A stretch of DNA of 63,272 bases, filler included, from Reticulomyxa filosa (Eukaryota > Protista > Foraminifera), in assembly GCA_000512085.1 (NCBI GenBank). It is 16 parts of 16 records of this genome, joined end to end, with 100 filler letters (N's around TTAATTAATTAA, not from the genome) between each part and the next. Parts side by side here need not be neighbours in the genome. Positions count along the whole stretch, not along the records: positions 23,333 to 29,924 come from ASPP01034990.1; positions 30,025 to 35,865 come from ASPP01021207.1; positions 35,966 to 37,176 come from ASPP01041156.1; positions 37,277 to 38,305 come from ASPP01013111.1; positions 38,406 to 40,600 come from ASPP01024025.1; 11 more parts are not named here. One strand, written 5' to 3'. This document shows positions 25,430-40,700 of the stretch, one piece after another. Within the stretch, counting starts at the first letter, position 1. Every line of letters begins with the position of its first letter. Both the position numbers and the translations under genes were made by a program. Under the pieces are notes generated by a model. It ran no database searches, had not been told where the DNA came from, and worked only from the letters and a program-made list of their open reading frames with translations.

Positions 25430-27691
25430 TTATTTTCCTTTGTCTTCTAAATATTTTTTTTTTGAGTTTGGTTTGATATTTTTGTCAGTGTAAAGTAAAT
25501 TCGATGAAGTTTCAAGTTTTTTGACCCTCAAAAAAGAATGATTGATGGAACAAATATTGATTGCTTTTTGAGTTAATTCAGGATGCAACTCTCGATCAAC
25601 TAGACTTTGATCACTATTGTCACTCTCTAATGCAGATATTTGAAACTGCACTTCTTCTCCAATCTTAATTCGCATCAAAGGAATTAATGACGTGTCATAT
25701 CTATCACGTAATCGACGACGAATTATGTCAACATAAGGTCGAAATATTGGCTCCAAGATGCAGTCCTTAAAATAAAATTGGATTTTGCGATATCTTTTGT
25801 TATCTGGCGCTTTTACCTTTTTTTTGTATTTGCATAATCCATTTTTATTGTTGTCTCATTGGCAATTAAAACGATGGCAACACAGAACTTCGATAGTTCC
25901 ACACAAATACGTGGAATCAAATCCAGAGATCCATCCTTGCAAGGTGTTTGATTGAAATGGAGTTACAGGTACTTCTGGTAGCAAAGATTGTTTGGTAGGC
26001 AAATGAAGTCGAGCCATTAAATAGTTTCCATAAGATCCAGTTTCAGACAAAAGAGGTTTCAATCCACCTGCGCTGATGAAAATGGCCCTTTGTTTGACCC
26101 GAGCACGACATTGACTGTTAGGAACAACATTGAATTCCAAGTGATCGCCGATTGCAATTTTGCGTGAATTCATCGCAACGACATCTTGTTTGAATCCAAT
26201 GACAACATCGTATCCAGCAGCATCAGGTTTAATGAGAAACCAGTGGCTTCGCTCTTTCTTCAGTATAACGACACCGGTTTGTCGAATCTGTTGTTTTAAA
26301 TCAATGTATTTCCAAGCTTCGTCGTCTTCTTGTTCGAGCTCTTCCTCGTCGTCGTCCTCGTTCTCAATTTCGTTGTCATCAACGAGTGCCATGAATGACA
26401 TATTTGTCGTATTCTCATGCGTCGCATGTTTCACATCAATAAATAGTTTCGTTGTCAGTTCGGGAGGCAGGTAATAATTTTCTGAGTTGTATCTTTGTTC
26501 AGTTGACAAACAAGAATAATTGAGTCATCCCAACACGAATTGAAAACAAAACAAAGCAAGCGCAACTGAAGCACAGTTTGGTTTGGACCAGTGACATGCA
26601 CAGCTCTGCTGTGTCGAGTATTGTGCTGCAGAACAATGACAAATTCGACCCAAGTCCATCGTCGAATGGCCCTTTTTCCAGAGATGTGGCAATCATCGAT
26701 ATGAAAGAATACACTTCGAAAAGGGGGAGAAAATGTGATGACATAGCCATACAACAAATGCGAATCAAAAGAATGAACATAGCCTTGTTGTCGAGAATCA
26801 CAATACATGGCTGGCAAAATGGCTTTGGCTTCGTCGCCGCTGTTATTGAGGTGAATATTTTCATAGACTAATCCCAGCTGTCGTCGAATTACACCAGCAG
26901 TCTGTTGTTCATACGTAATCAAACCACCTCCAGGACGAGTGATACAATAGGCCCAGTCTTCTTCACGTTCATCCGTGTTTCTTGTGCGCCTCTTCTTCTT
27001 GTTAGGTCGAACATAAAACTCCACTTCACTGTACAAACTTAGGCCCAGAGTTCCTGTTGTTTGCAATTCCTCCAATTCAAATTTTACGGCTTGATAGCCC
27101 GCCTGATCGGGCACTATTTCTCCGCACTTTTTTCCTTGCTCGATTTTTCTCATTCCGACGTACACTCCTTTATATCTTTCCATTCCTGTTCGGTTTAACT
27201 GACTCAATCGACTTGTTCTGTCCTTCCATTTTAATGACAGGTTTTTGTGGCTGTAGACGAGAGGCTTCGATCCTGGCGCAGAAATATCATTCGCTATTCC
27301 AAATATTTCGTTCAGTCTTGTTATTCCAAATTCCACACGCTGCAACTGTCTTTTTGTGGTAGAGGACACAAGAAAGCTGTGGAAATTTCTTGCACAGACA
27401 ACAACAAAAATACCTAACAAATGGAGGTCCCGACGAAATAATCGCTCCTGAATGAAAATAACACTCTTTTTCTGGGAAGGCATCTGCAACCACAAATCCA
27501 TATCTATTTCCCGGCTCTACATACGAAACATAGCCTTGATATCTCTGTGGACGTGTTGTTCATTGTTTTTTGCTTATTTGCTTTCGTTCTTTCTTTTGAC
27601 TACACTAAAAAACAAAAATCTAAGTGAGTGACCAAGTTGGAAAGAAACAGACCAATGAAAACAGACGAAAGCAAAACACCTTTTTTGTCAT
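25430..27691 (-). CDS. Multi-cold-shock-domain (OB-fold) RNA-binding protein with about 5 CSDs, UNR/CSDE1-like architecture
   Basis: YQGYV..RYGFV..CYFH..VEF; YKGV..CGEI..VKF..VEFYV; QGYVHSF..YGYV..VFFH..VEFV..RAVHVTGP; TGVV..GDHLEF; QGWI..CGTI..FYF..GEEVQF..KAINI. Inferred ATG 27691. Confidence 0.8.
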
Positions 27692-28235
27692 GGATGATTT
27701 CCAACCGGCAACATTACAAGGAAGTATTTACCTGGCCAGTCCAAAAATGACGAACACAAAGTATAAACGACGATAGTTTTCTTTTTTGTCGTTTGGAATA
27801 AAAGATTAACGACATTTTTCCCCCTTCCAAAACTTTCTTTCAGGAGTACAGTTCTGGTAACATTTCTTTTTCCAAAAGAGCACATCAAACGAATTCAATA
27901 GACAGCGTTGTGTTTATGTAATTGGAAATTGAAATGCATAACTGCAGGTCTTGTTTGTTTTCAATCTTTATGTTATTAAGGCACAAAGATAATAACGTGT
28001 CCGTATATTGCATCTATTTATGATAGCATTCCATTGGAGGGACTTTCACTTTTCATATTATAGTGCTTGTTAGTTGAATTTACAACTTTCAAAAAACTTT
28101 TTTTGAGCAGTTTTACTTAGAAGCAAAAGTTGCCCTCTGTTCTACTTTTCTTCGGCTGTCCGTAAACAAACCTCCTTTTTTGGCTTAGAAAAAAAGTCTT
28201 TCGAAGGCATAATCCTTTTTACATTGCTGAAAGAT

Positions 28236-28661
28236 ATGGCTCAAGCATCAAATATTGCAGAATTGAAACAATTGCGCATTCAAAGCGGTGCAGTAAAACG
28301 TTTGGCAAAAGAAGTAGAATATTACCTGAAAGAACTGAAAGCGCTAAACTTGGAACTAGAGCAAATGAAGAACGAGGAGAAGAAGGAAAATCAGTCTGAC
28401 TTGAAACAGCAGGTTTTAGAATTTGCTTTGAATTATATTTTTCTCTTTTGAAGATACCTGCCTGCCAAAAACGAATAGAGACAAGCGATAGAAGAGACAG
28501 AAGCAGTGTTAGCGGACATCAGACCACGCTTGGTAAAGTCGTATGAAGAAGTGAAATCATTGTTGGAAGGACTTAAAGGAAGAGAAGAACTTGATCCCGA
28601 ATTATTCAAAGATGCCAAAGCAAACCTACAATTGGCGGATGTTTATGTCAAACAAGACTAA
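28236..28661 (+). CDS. TBCA: Tubulin-folding cofactor A, 2 exons (intron 28413-28478)
   Basis: LKQLRIQSGAVKRLAKEVEYY..DLKQQ|RQAIEETEAVLADIRPRL. Confidence 0.9.
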
Positions 28662-30024
28662 CCACTTATAGAGTTTTTTTGCCTGTTTTCGGTTGGTTTT
28701 GAGATGCAACTGTATTTAAAAGGAAAAACAGAACGAAAATAACGAACTGAAATTACTTAAATTCCAATTTTTAATTTTCGAGGTTTAAACACTCGGTTCT
28801 CTCTGTTTGTACAATCGACTTAACTATCTGATATACTTTTTTGTTATCTAACAATTGTAAATCTAAGTGTTAAATGCCTTGAAATTTGGCAATCGAAATA
28901 CGTACCCGAAAGAAATAAGCAAGAGTAATATAGAGTCTTTTTTTATAATTCCAAGCAATCAATTAAATTGTGAATATTAACAATTTCATCACTTTTTAAA
29001 GTTAGCAATGAAATAATTCAAATCTCTATCTTATAATTTGTGCTGCTTTACGAATTGTAATGTAAGTCTCTTAAGTATTGATTTTCTGTTATTATTATAC
29101 AATCAACAATATAAGAAGAAGTCACGCTTGTTAATTCGTGGAATCTGAAAGAATTTTGAAAAATCAATTAGAAGATTTTCAGCAATTTAGACTTGGGCAA
29201 AGTTCGTGGCGAAACGAAGCAAAAACAAGATTTAAAGAAAAATAACTTCAAACTTTTTTTGACCATAATGAATGTTTAAATTTTTATTTTGGCTTTCTTT
29301 AATTTGTTGAAAGAAGTATATTAAACTAAATATTTTATAATACTTCAACATTTTGAAAACAATGACTAAGATATAATCCACTATGACGATCAACATGGAC
29401 AGTCAACATTGTTTTCACAACAGTTGATTGATCTCAACATTCAGCTGAAAAAAAAAAGAGCATGGTGGCATTGGAAATAGATATGGACATGAAGTTGGAA
29501 ATGGAATTGGATCTGATTCCAACTAACAACGCAAATCCATAATGACGTCGAATAATGATATGGACGTCGACACAAATGGCATAAGACGAATAGACATAAA
29601 ACGAAAGAAGCCAGAAGACATATCAATCCATTCTAATTAAAAAAAATATTAGGGCTCCTTCATCACCAAAAGCCAAAACTAAAGCCAACGCTTTAGGGAA
29701 GGGACAAAAATGTACAAATACATCTAACATGGCGGCATGGCAAAAATAAAAGTTCATTAACATGCGAGGAGGCCGGAAATTCGCGAAGGGCCGAGAAACA
29801 ACTGAAAAGGCCGAAGTAATGGTCAAAAATGAAATCTTTTTACAATTTTGATCTTAATTCAAACAATTTTTAAATTAGAATGCTGATTGTGGTTACTTTT
29901 GTAACATATTGTAATACTTATTACNNNNNNNNNNNNNNNNNNNNNNNNNNNNNNNNNNNNNNNNNNNNTTAATTAATTAANNNNNNNNNNNNNNNNNNNN
30001 NNNNNNNNNNNNNNNNNNNNNNNN

Positions 30025-31981
<1,957 letters not shown>

Positions 31982-34079
31982 AGCTATCAAATAATTAGAT
32001 ACCAACGATATATTTTATTTTTTCAAGTTTGGAATGAAGAATTGAAATTTGAATATAAAAAAAAGACTAGTCTCCTCCAGAAAATACTCTTTCGGAAACA
32101 AAAATTTGACTAGTGAGTGCAAAAGCCGCTTTCTTTGAAAAATTACTATCACAAAAAAGTGCACGTAATCGTTGGTATTTTGTTTTATCAGCCAATTTTC
32201 TTAGTTTTGAACATGTACTTTATCGAATCTGTGTGCTAATTTTATTTTCATTGTTGGACAGTTTCTGGATAATTTTGTATGACTCAATAAACTACAGCTG
32301 TAATTTTCAGACTAGTTGATCTAGTAAATATAAAAGCACTTTTTTTCCAACACTGAATGAATGTTGATTTCTATTTTTGTTTTCAAAACGTATGCACTTT
32401 GAATTGTAAATTGATTGTGATCTTTGTGCTGGTATAAAAATATCACAATAATCACCATTTGCATAGTCAAATAATTTTTTCACCAATAATATTACTAGTC
32501 TTTCTTTTAAATAAATATGAAACTTTCTAACATTACATTTGTTCGTGAATTGTAAATAAATTTTTCATTCAAAATTTTTGCAATAATACTTGAAATTTTG
32601 CATAACTGTTGTCTATTGTCTGATAGCACTGTATCTGAAACAAAATACTTGAGAATACATTAATTTACAAATGATATTACAATCTCATTTGCATATTGTG
32701 TTTTTAGTGTAGTTACTGTCAAATATATCATAAATCTGTCTATCATTGTCATAATGTTTGTATCTCCAACAGTCTGAAAAGGTCTTGCTGATGGAAAATG
32801 TTGAATTTCGGTTTTATTTGAATTAGTATGCCATTTTGATATTCGACATTTAAACATTCTTTACAAAAATCTTTGATATTTTTGTCTATCACTGTCTAAC
32901 AAAATCTTTAATTGACTGCTAATAACACTATATTTGCGCCTGGATGATGTGCAAGTCAACGAAATTCATATTTTTCAATTACTTATTTATAATTACAATA
33001 TAAACGTAACATCACATATATTTGCGCTGAAAATATTATTTTAACGTTTTACTGAACATAATTTAAAATTGTCAATGTATACGTTAACGTCGTCTATATT
33101 AAAACATAAATTTTATAATGCGGAGAAACGCTATATGTGCATTTGAAAATTCAAATATCATAATATTCTATTCAAACAATCTGTTAGTAGTAATAAACGC
33201 TTTTTTATAACGTATTATTCACTAATATGTACATATATTTATCACGAGCGAATGTCAAAATATTTTTTATTTGATAATTTTTTTTAGGTATTTAGTAAAT
33301 GATATTTGTATATTATTTTTGCTTAATTATTAATACAAAACTGTGGCTGCTAGTGTTTGATTACGTTTAATCATTTATTTATTGTTGTATTCCAATTATA
33401 AAGTAACTATTTAATAGATAATGTTCAATGTGACATATGGAGTACCTTGCATTATCGTAATACCGTACGTATTGAATTTGTCTATATTTAGTTATTATAA
33501 AACAAAACTCCAAAAGAAAAATAATATTCCAAATTAAATAAATTATCATTTTACATAACAATCATATTATGACTTATTCATTTGTAAATCGATTAATGTC
33601 AAATATACATAATTAATTGTGAATATGTTATTCACATAGATTGTTTTTATGTAATTTTTGTATCATTTATATTAATGCTTTCTTTTATTTTACAATAAAT
33701 TGAAATTTTACTTATGCAAACATAATTTTTCATTCTGATGTAGCAATAATATTAAATTAATGTTACTTTAAGTAATTGCAATTTGCGATTTTTTGTTGAT
33801 ATAATATACAACCTATGTTAAATTCGTATATTGCTTAATTGACCGTTCAATACAATTCTTTGAATATATCGAAATATTAAACAAAAAAGATCTTTATATG
33901 AAGATGTGCATGAAATATATTGCTGGAACAATAATTTTCCACAATTTTCGCAATGACAAAGATCTTTTTTTGAATTATAAGAAAAGTACAGAAATTGACT
34001 TTTTGTTGGAAAAAAAAAATCTACACAACGTATACTTGCGATTGTTCATTCATACACGCGCATATAGTGAGATTTGAAA

Positions 34080-35865
34080 TCATTTCAATTGTTTCCATCG
34101 CAGAACATATTGAAAAAAGGTGGTACGATCCACGTTCTTTGGCAGCACTTCACTGAGATCATCTTCGCTGGTAAGCAATAGCAATGTTTCATCATCAAAA
34201 TGCTCTTTTTGAAAATTGGACAAATGAGTTTGCCAAGTGTTGCTGAAAGTGTCTTTCAACAACTGAGCGACATTATCATAGCCATCATCTGCAAACAAAC
34301 AAAAAAAAAAAAAAAAAAATATGAATATACACATATTTGCATAGGAAAAAAACAAAACTGTTTTGTTGTTTGATCCATTCTGTGGGCCGATCGGGATTGG
34401 TTTCAGTGACCAAAGAACCAACAAAATCGGCTTGTTGTTGTGTGGACTTAAGCAAATTGGCGATATTGGCAATGATATCATCGTTAACAACACCATTGCT
34501 TGTGGCCTGATAGTACTGCAAAGTGACTCGAATCGGGAATCGTTGATCTCGTTCCACTGACGAAAGACCATTCAATTCGTCCCATTGCAACTGCAGAGCA
34601 CCACAATCAGCACACAAATCAAATCCTTTTGAATGAGTTCGATTCTTGCCTTCAGAACAGTGCCATACGTATTCTTCCGATGGTTCCTTTTGGCATTTGC
34701 TGCAACTTACTCTACTAGTGGGTCCATAGCATTCTTTAATCGAAACCCACGTTAATTCTTTTTTGCAAATGCATGTGGGATTGGTGCGGGCTAACACCTA
34801 ATTCCAAATTCATGCACAAATATTAAAAATAATATAAATATATGTTTTATATTTATATTATTTATATTTATATTTATATTATTTATTTATTTCATTTTAA
34901 ACTTTGACAATAGCAGATTCTACATCGACTTTTTTATTTCTTTTAAGTAATTCGTCGTTATTATTTTTTTTTTCATTGTCATTTTCATCATTAATAACAT
35001 TGTCTTTTTCCGCACTTTCCTCTTCTTCCTCTTCTTCATTTTTTCCATCTTCTTCTTCATCATCATCATCATCTTCTTCATTTTCTCCTTCTTCCTCTTC
35101 TTCTTCTTCATCTTCTCCTTCTTCCTCTTCTTCTTCTTCATCTTCTCCTTCTTCCTCTTCCCCATCGAAAGAACTACATTCTACCGCATCACTGTCGGAC
35201 TCCATTTCCAAGGAAGCAACGCATGTCTCCTTCACAGAGAGATTAACATCTTCATCGCTGCCACTGTTCAAATAATCGATTGTGGATTGAGTTTTTTGTT
35301 TCAAGGGAACTTGAATTATCACAATGACATTATCTTGTCTTTCTTGTTTCGTCATTTCACCACTCACTGTCACTCCGCGTTTCTTGCGATTGTCACTCAA
35401 CCGCTCCGCCACAAAGTCTGCCTTCTTGCCTTTTTTTTTTTTTTTAACCATTTTCACAAAATAGTATTATTTGCTCCATCATCAAACAAACAAACAAACA
35501 AACAAACAATACACATCATTACCTTGGTTATTGAACATTAGAGTCTGCATCGACCCTATCATCAAAAAATATATATACACACATACGTATACACGAAAGA
35601 ATATTCGCTAGTGATAAATATATGTATATATAAACCTTCAATGATTTGTGCGGAAGAACCTTTACTGGTGGACAAGATAACGAGAATGGCAGGGTTTTCA
35701 GACCAGGATTGATAGTTGTATAGCGCCACATTGAACTTGGTTTCGGCGCTGGCTTCAACTGGCAAGAAGCAAGCTTGACTTGACATAATCACATGTGTGT
35801 CCTTATCTTCTTTATTATCGCCTTTGCGTAATAAATTCAATTTTGTATTCGCTGGAGGCTTGCTC
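34080..35865 (-). CDS. Uncharacterised protein: globular domain interrupted by an acidic tract and ZZ-type zinc finger, with SAM-like C-terminus; 5' truncated
   Basis: SQACFLPV..FNVALYNYQS..PAILVIL; poly-E/D tract; CSKC..WHC..H..GFDLCADC; RDQRFPIRVTLQYYQATSNG; HLSNFQKEHFDDETLLLL. Confidence 0.7.
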
Positions 35866-35965
35866 NNNNNNNNNNNNNNNNNNNNNNNNNNNNNNNNNNN
35901 NNNNNNNNNTTAATTAATTAANNNNNNNNNNNNNNNNNNNNNNNNNNNNNNNNNNNNNNNNNNNN

Positions 35966-37160
35966 ACGCCAGCGCTAATGCAAATTGCAGTTCTGTTGTG
36001 TATAGACGTGTGGAGTGTATATGGATGTTAGTTGATCATACTTCAGGACTCACTCTAAATTTGACTAATTAACATAAAAGTATGCAAAAGATTTGGCTCT
36101 ATCTATTCGAACGTCAATCCATCCTTGCGATCAAGCAAGCATGTCAAAATGTACAAGCAAGCCCGAGCACGTATAACGAAAAAGTCACGCTCAATCAAAA
36201 AGGATATATCCATTGATTTTTGCAACTCGTGGTCTCAATTGTCGCATCTTTTGGACATATTTACACATTCGAATATTGCCTCCAAGATGTCGTACCAAGA
36301 TACGAGTTTGGGAAGCAGTCAATTCCATTTCAAACGAATAATCCTCTGGGCAGCGACGCAAAGTCGAATTCCATATGTCCAATATCGCTATTGAATGGAG
36401 ATGCCTAAGTGCAATCTTTACCTGTATGCAGCTAGGATGTGACAACGACAATGTTGTCAATGGCTCGCTTTTGTTTCATGTGACACCATGCAAAATGCGC
36501 ACAACAATCCATTCGAGCCCAGTGGTGGGCTGTGTACTACGACAGCACAACTCACAAAATCGTATATGGACTGGATTGTCCTACTGATGCAATGGAGGTG
36601 GTCGTCATTATCATTCACACGTACGGAAAAGCAATTGACGTTACCATTGTTTGGCCCTTCTCCTGATGCTTTCATCTCGCTCAATGTTTCAGTCGGACAA
36701 AATCTTTTGGATGGCTATCTTCTGTCTTGTTATTCAAATATGCAGCCACAGAGATTGTAAATAAGTGCATTCAAAGCATCACGTCAGCATATATATATAA
36801 CAAGTATTCCATGAAGACCACGTCTTGATTGTTGTGCGAGCATTGCACGCCTTATTCTCGATAACTAGATGGTACTGAGTGCTGTTCGCAGACACTTGAG
36901 TACCTCCGATAATAACGCTGCTCAAATTTCTTGCTCTCCAAATTCGTGTTGCCACAGGGAGAATGCCATGATCGCACCAATGGCCATAAATGTGACCATG
37001 TTACGAGCTACCACCACCGAGAAGAGAGGAGGCCATGTGAATCCGTATCCATCGATTGAATGCACTGCGACTGTGTCATTGCCAAACTGCTTTCTTTTGG
37101 TATGTATCGCAATTATTCTCTCAAAAGTGAATTGTCTCGTGACAAGTCCACAATCCATAC
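35966..37160. pseudogene. Unidentified coding-like sequence with all frames interrupted
   Basis: GC content clearly above intergenic background but no long ORF and no motif recognised. Confidence 0.3.
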
Positions 37161-37276
37161 AATATATATATATATANNNNNNNNNNNNNNNNNNNNNNNN
37201 NNNNNNNNNNNNNNNNNNNNTTAATTAATTAANNNNNNNNNNNNNNNNNNNNNNNNNNNNNNNNNNNNNNNNNNNN

Positions 37277-37720
37277 TATATATATATATATATGTATACG
37301 TTAAGGGATTAAACACATACCACATTTGGCAATCATAGTTTTACCATTGCCCGGAGGACCAAATAACAACAGACCAGTGCACGGCTTTCGAACTGAGGCG
37401 AATAGATCAGGCCTTTGTTGGGGCAAAATGATGTTTTCATACAATGCCAGTTTGACCATTTCCAACCCAATGACCTCTCGGAAAAAGACATTGGGTTTGT
37501 CGATGATCATATCATCCGACAACTTGTCCATCAGCGCCTTGTCGTTTTTGTCTACCTCTTTTTTTTCTTTCCCTTTGCTATCGGATTCGTCTCCTCGAGA
37601 TTTGGACTTGTCTGTTGTCGCCGAGTTGTCTGTCTCTTTTCCTTGTTTTTTCCATTTCGATTTGTCACTGGAAATGCTAGTCCTTTTCCCATGATTTCAA
37701 ATAGCATATTTAAAAAAAAT

Positions 37721-37772
<52 letters not shown>

Positions 37773-38200
37773 GACTTTGCTTTGGGCTGATTGTTATTAT
37801 CAGGACCCGTTTTGGAGTCCATATATCCCAATTCTTTGTTTTGATCTTTCCATTCATCGGCGACCGACTTTTCGGGATCACTGTCCGCGTGTACGTCGTG
37901 CAGTTCGTCGTCTTTTGGACCCTTCATCAATCCACTGATTTCAATGTTTGTTTCGGCCACAGCTGCCTCCAACCGCTTTTTGGTTTTCTTGTCGTCTTCT
38001 ATCAGCTGCTCTTTCGCTTCTTTGCGTCGCTTCGCCTCTTGTTGCGCGAGCAGTTTGGTGCGGGTCAAGTTGTCGATCTCGAACGTGCAGCGATGCATGC
38101 GATGTCGATACTCTTCGATTTCTTGTTTCCATTGACGTTTGACCACACCACGATCGATATCATTCAAAGCTACTTCCAACATGGAAATTCCAAGTTTGAA
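37277..38200 (-). CDS. SPAST: Spastin-like microtubule-severing AAA ATPase, internal fragment
   Basis: VIGLEMVKLALYENIILPQQRPDLFASVRKPCTGLLLFGPPGNGKTMIAK; GPPGNGKT is the spastin-type Walker A. Confidence 0.78.
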
Positions 38201-38204
38201 TTTC

Positions 38205-38241
<37 letters not shown>

Positions 38242-38419
38242 GATTCATGTCATTTATTCATAAACAAAGTTCGTTCCGTTCCGAGAACATTTCTTTTTTT
38301 TTTTTNNNNNNNNNNNNNNNNNNNNNNNNNNNNNNNNNNNNNNNNNNNNTTAATTAATTAANNNNNNNNNNNNNNNNNNNNNNNNNNNNNNNNNNNNNNN
38401 NNNNNATGTTTTGAAATAG

Positions 38420-39423
38420 GCCTACGGCAACAAAGGAAGTGGCAAGACGTATACAATGGAAGGCGCTCCAGACAATCGAGGTGTAATTTATCGCACGATT
38501 GAGGAATTGTTTCGGATGATAGAAGAAAGAAAAGACAATTTTGTGTATTGCTTGAAACTATCAGCCGTAGCAATTCAAAATGAAATCGTGATTGATCGGT
38601 TGAATGATGACGTGGCAACAACGTATACGTCGAGCACAACTGTGCTACCACAAATCGAAGTAAGCAACAATGTCACTAAACTCGAGTGTACTCACGCAGA
38701 GGTATGACTTTCTTCTTTCAAACAACAACAGCAACAACAACAACAATTAATTGTGCATGTACTTTCTCAATCATAACACTTGGGGTGGGGGGGGGGGGGG
38801 GGACGAGGATGCTTTCATGCGATTGAAAAAGCTATGTCAAATCAAAGAATGGAGCCTACATCTCTTGACCAAGAGCAGAAACAATCTCAAGTTATTATAT
38901 CAGTGCAAGTGACTGGAAAAAATCGAATTGTTGATCTTTGCTCGATTGGAAAGTTGCATTTTGTTGATTTGGGTGAAAGTAGCCACTTCTTTTCCAAAGG
39001 GGACCAAACTCAATCACTGTCAATCCTAGATAATATATTAATAGCAATTACCCAACAAGGAACAGATGTTCCTTATTGTAATAATGCGCTTGCATCATTG
39101 TTACAAGATTCAATTGGTAATATCTTTAACAATTTGTTTTTTTATATTATTAACCATTATATTGTGTTCATCTCTTTGTAATACCCATAGATGGACAATC
39201 AAAAACACTACTATTTGTTAACATCTCCCCAGCTGCACGAGATGTAGAAGAAACAATTCAATCACTTCAAATTATTGAAAGATCGAAGATAACACCACTA
39301 TTATCACCAAGTCCAAGAAAAACCAAAAGAATATATGAAATTGAAACCACTGATATTTTTAAAAAATGTTTAACGAAGAGTCAAACAGTTCTGGTCGTAA
39401 TGCTGCAAACACAAACAATTTAA
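38420..39423 (+). CDS. Divergent kinesin motor domain in C-terminal position (kinesin-14-like), 5' truncated
   Basis: AYGNKGSGKTYTMEG..RGVIYR, GKLHFVDL, VPY..LLQDSIDGQSKTLLFVNISP..EETIQSL; three exons. Confidence 0.85.
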
Positions 39424-39896
39424 ATACAGATAAAAATGAAAACACAAATTAGCATAAAAAAAAAAAAAATTATTAATTGTAAAAAAAAAATGTGTGCATT
39501 TTTTTCATTACTTCATTCATATTTAAATAGTATAAATTTTCATTCAAAAATAATCGAAAAATATTTATTAAGAAATTATTTCGTAAACCATAATTGCAAC
39601 AACTATTGGGGAACTCATTGATTTAGTCTTTCGATTATTTTAATTAATTCTTTTATTCTTGAAGAGAAAAAAAAATAAAAGGGTAAGTACTTTCTAATAG
39701 GAACAATTTTGTTGAAATTGGTATGTATAACGGAGTATTGAAGCAAATTAAATGTAAAATTAAAAAAATTGTAGTAACAAGAATGCAAAAGTGCTCAAGC
39801 CGGACGAGACTTAGGAACGAAGAGGGAGGAGGGGGCGGGGGGGGGGATAAGGATAAAAGAAAAGAGATAATTATCTTTTCGTCTAGCATTGGAAAG

Positions 39897-40600
39897 ATGT
39901 TGTCTTATTTTAATCGCTTTGCAGAAGGAGCAATTGAAGAAAGAAAAAATCAATCTGGTGGTTATCCAGAAAAGTTGCTAGTGAAATCGAAATGTACAAA
40001 TCTGGACAAGTTTTTGTGTGCTATGTAAGTTTGAAAAAAAAAGCAAAGCAAAGAAAAGAAAAGAAAAACGACAAGAAAAAACATTTGGAAAAACGCAAAG
40101 ATGTGGACGAGTGAGCAAAAACCCAATACTGAGTGGATGTCCGTCCAAGCACTTTGGATGTGAGGAGTGTATCCGACAGTACAGTCGAGACAAGACGGAG
40201 ATGGTATGTCCGCAATGCAACATGTTGGTGAGAGCGGAGCACAACGATAAGTACTTGCAAGCGCACAGTGACTTGAAGCGTGAAATGGATGAGAAGGTGG
40301 TGATCAAGTGTTTGAAGTGTAAAACGGACGAAATGAAATTAGGAGATTACGAGACGCATTTGCGAAGAGAATGTCGGCAAGCTTTTGTGGCCTGCGATCA
40401 CTGTCACATTGACAAAATACGAAGAAAAGATCTCCAATCACATATCGATCATTGCGACATGGTTGTTATTGAATGTCCATTGACTTGTGGTTATTTAGAG
40501 ATATATTATTCTTCAAAAATTTCTAATTCTTATTATTGCCATTTTGTTTGTGTGTTTTATTTGTTTTTTAAAAAAATATATATATATATATATATATATA
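39897..40600 (+). CDS. RING + TRAF-type zinc-finger protein, 3' truncated
   Basis: FLCAI|CGRV..C..H.GCEECI..CPQC RING; YETHLRREC..VACDHC..LQSHIDHC..IECPLTCG TRAF fingers. Confidence 0.85.
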
Positions 40601-40700
40601 NNNNNNNNNNNNNNNNNNNNNNNNNNNNNNNNNNNNNNNNNNNNTTAATTAATTAANNNNNNNNNNNNNNNNNNNNNNNNNNNNNNNNNNNNNNNNNNNN

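Noticed and set aside
33420-33460. TYGVP as a reverse-transcriptase GVPQG motif
   Set aside because: Too short, with no supporting RT motifs nearby.
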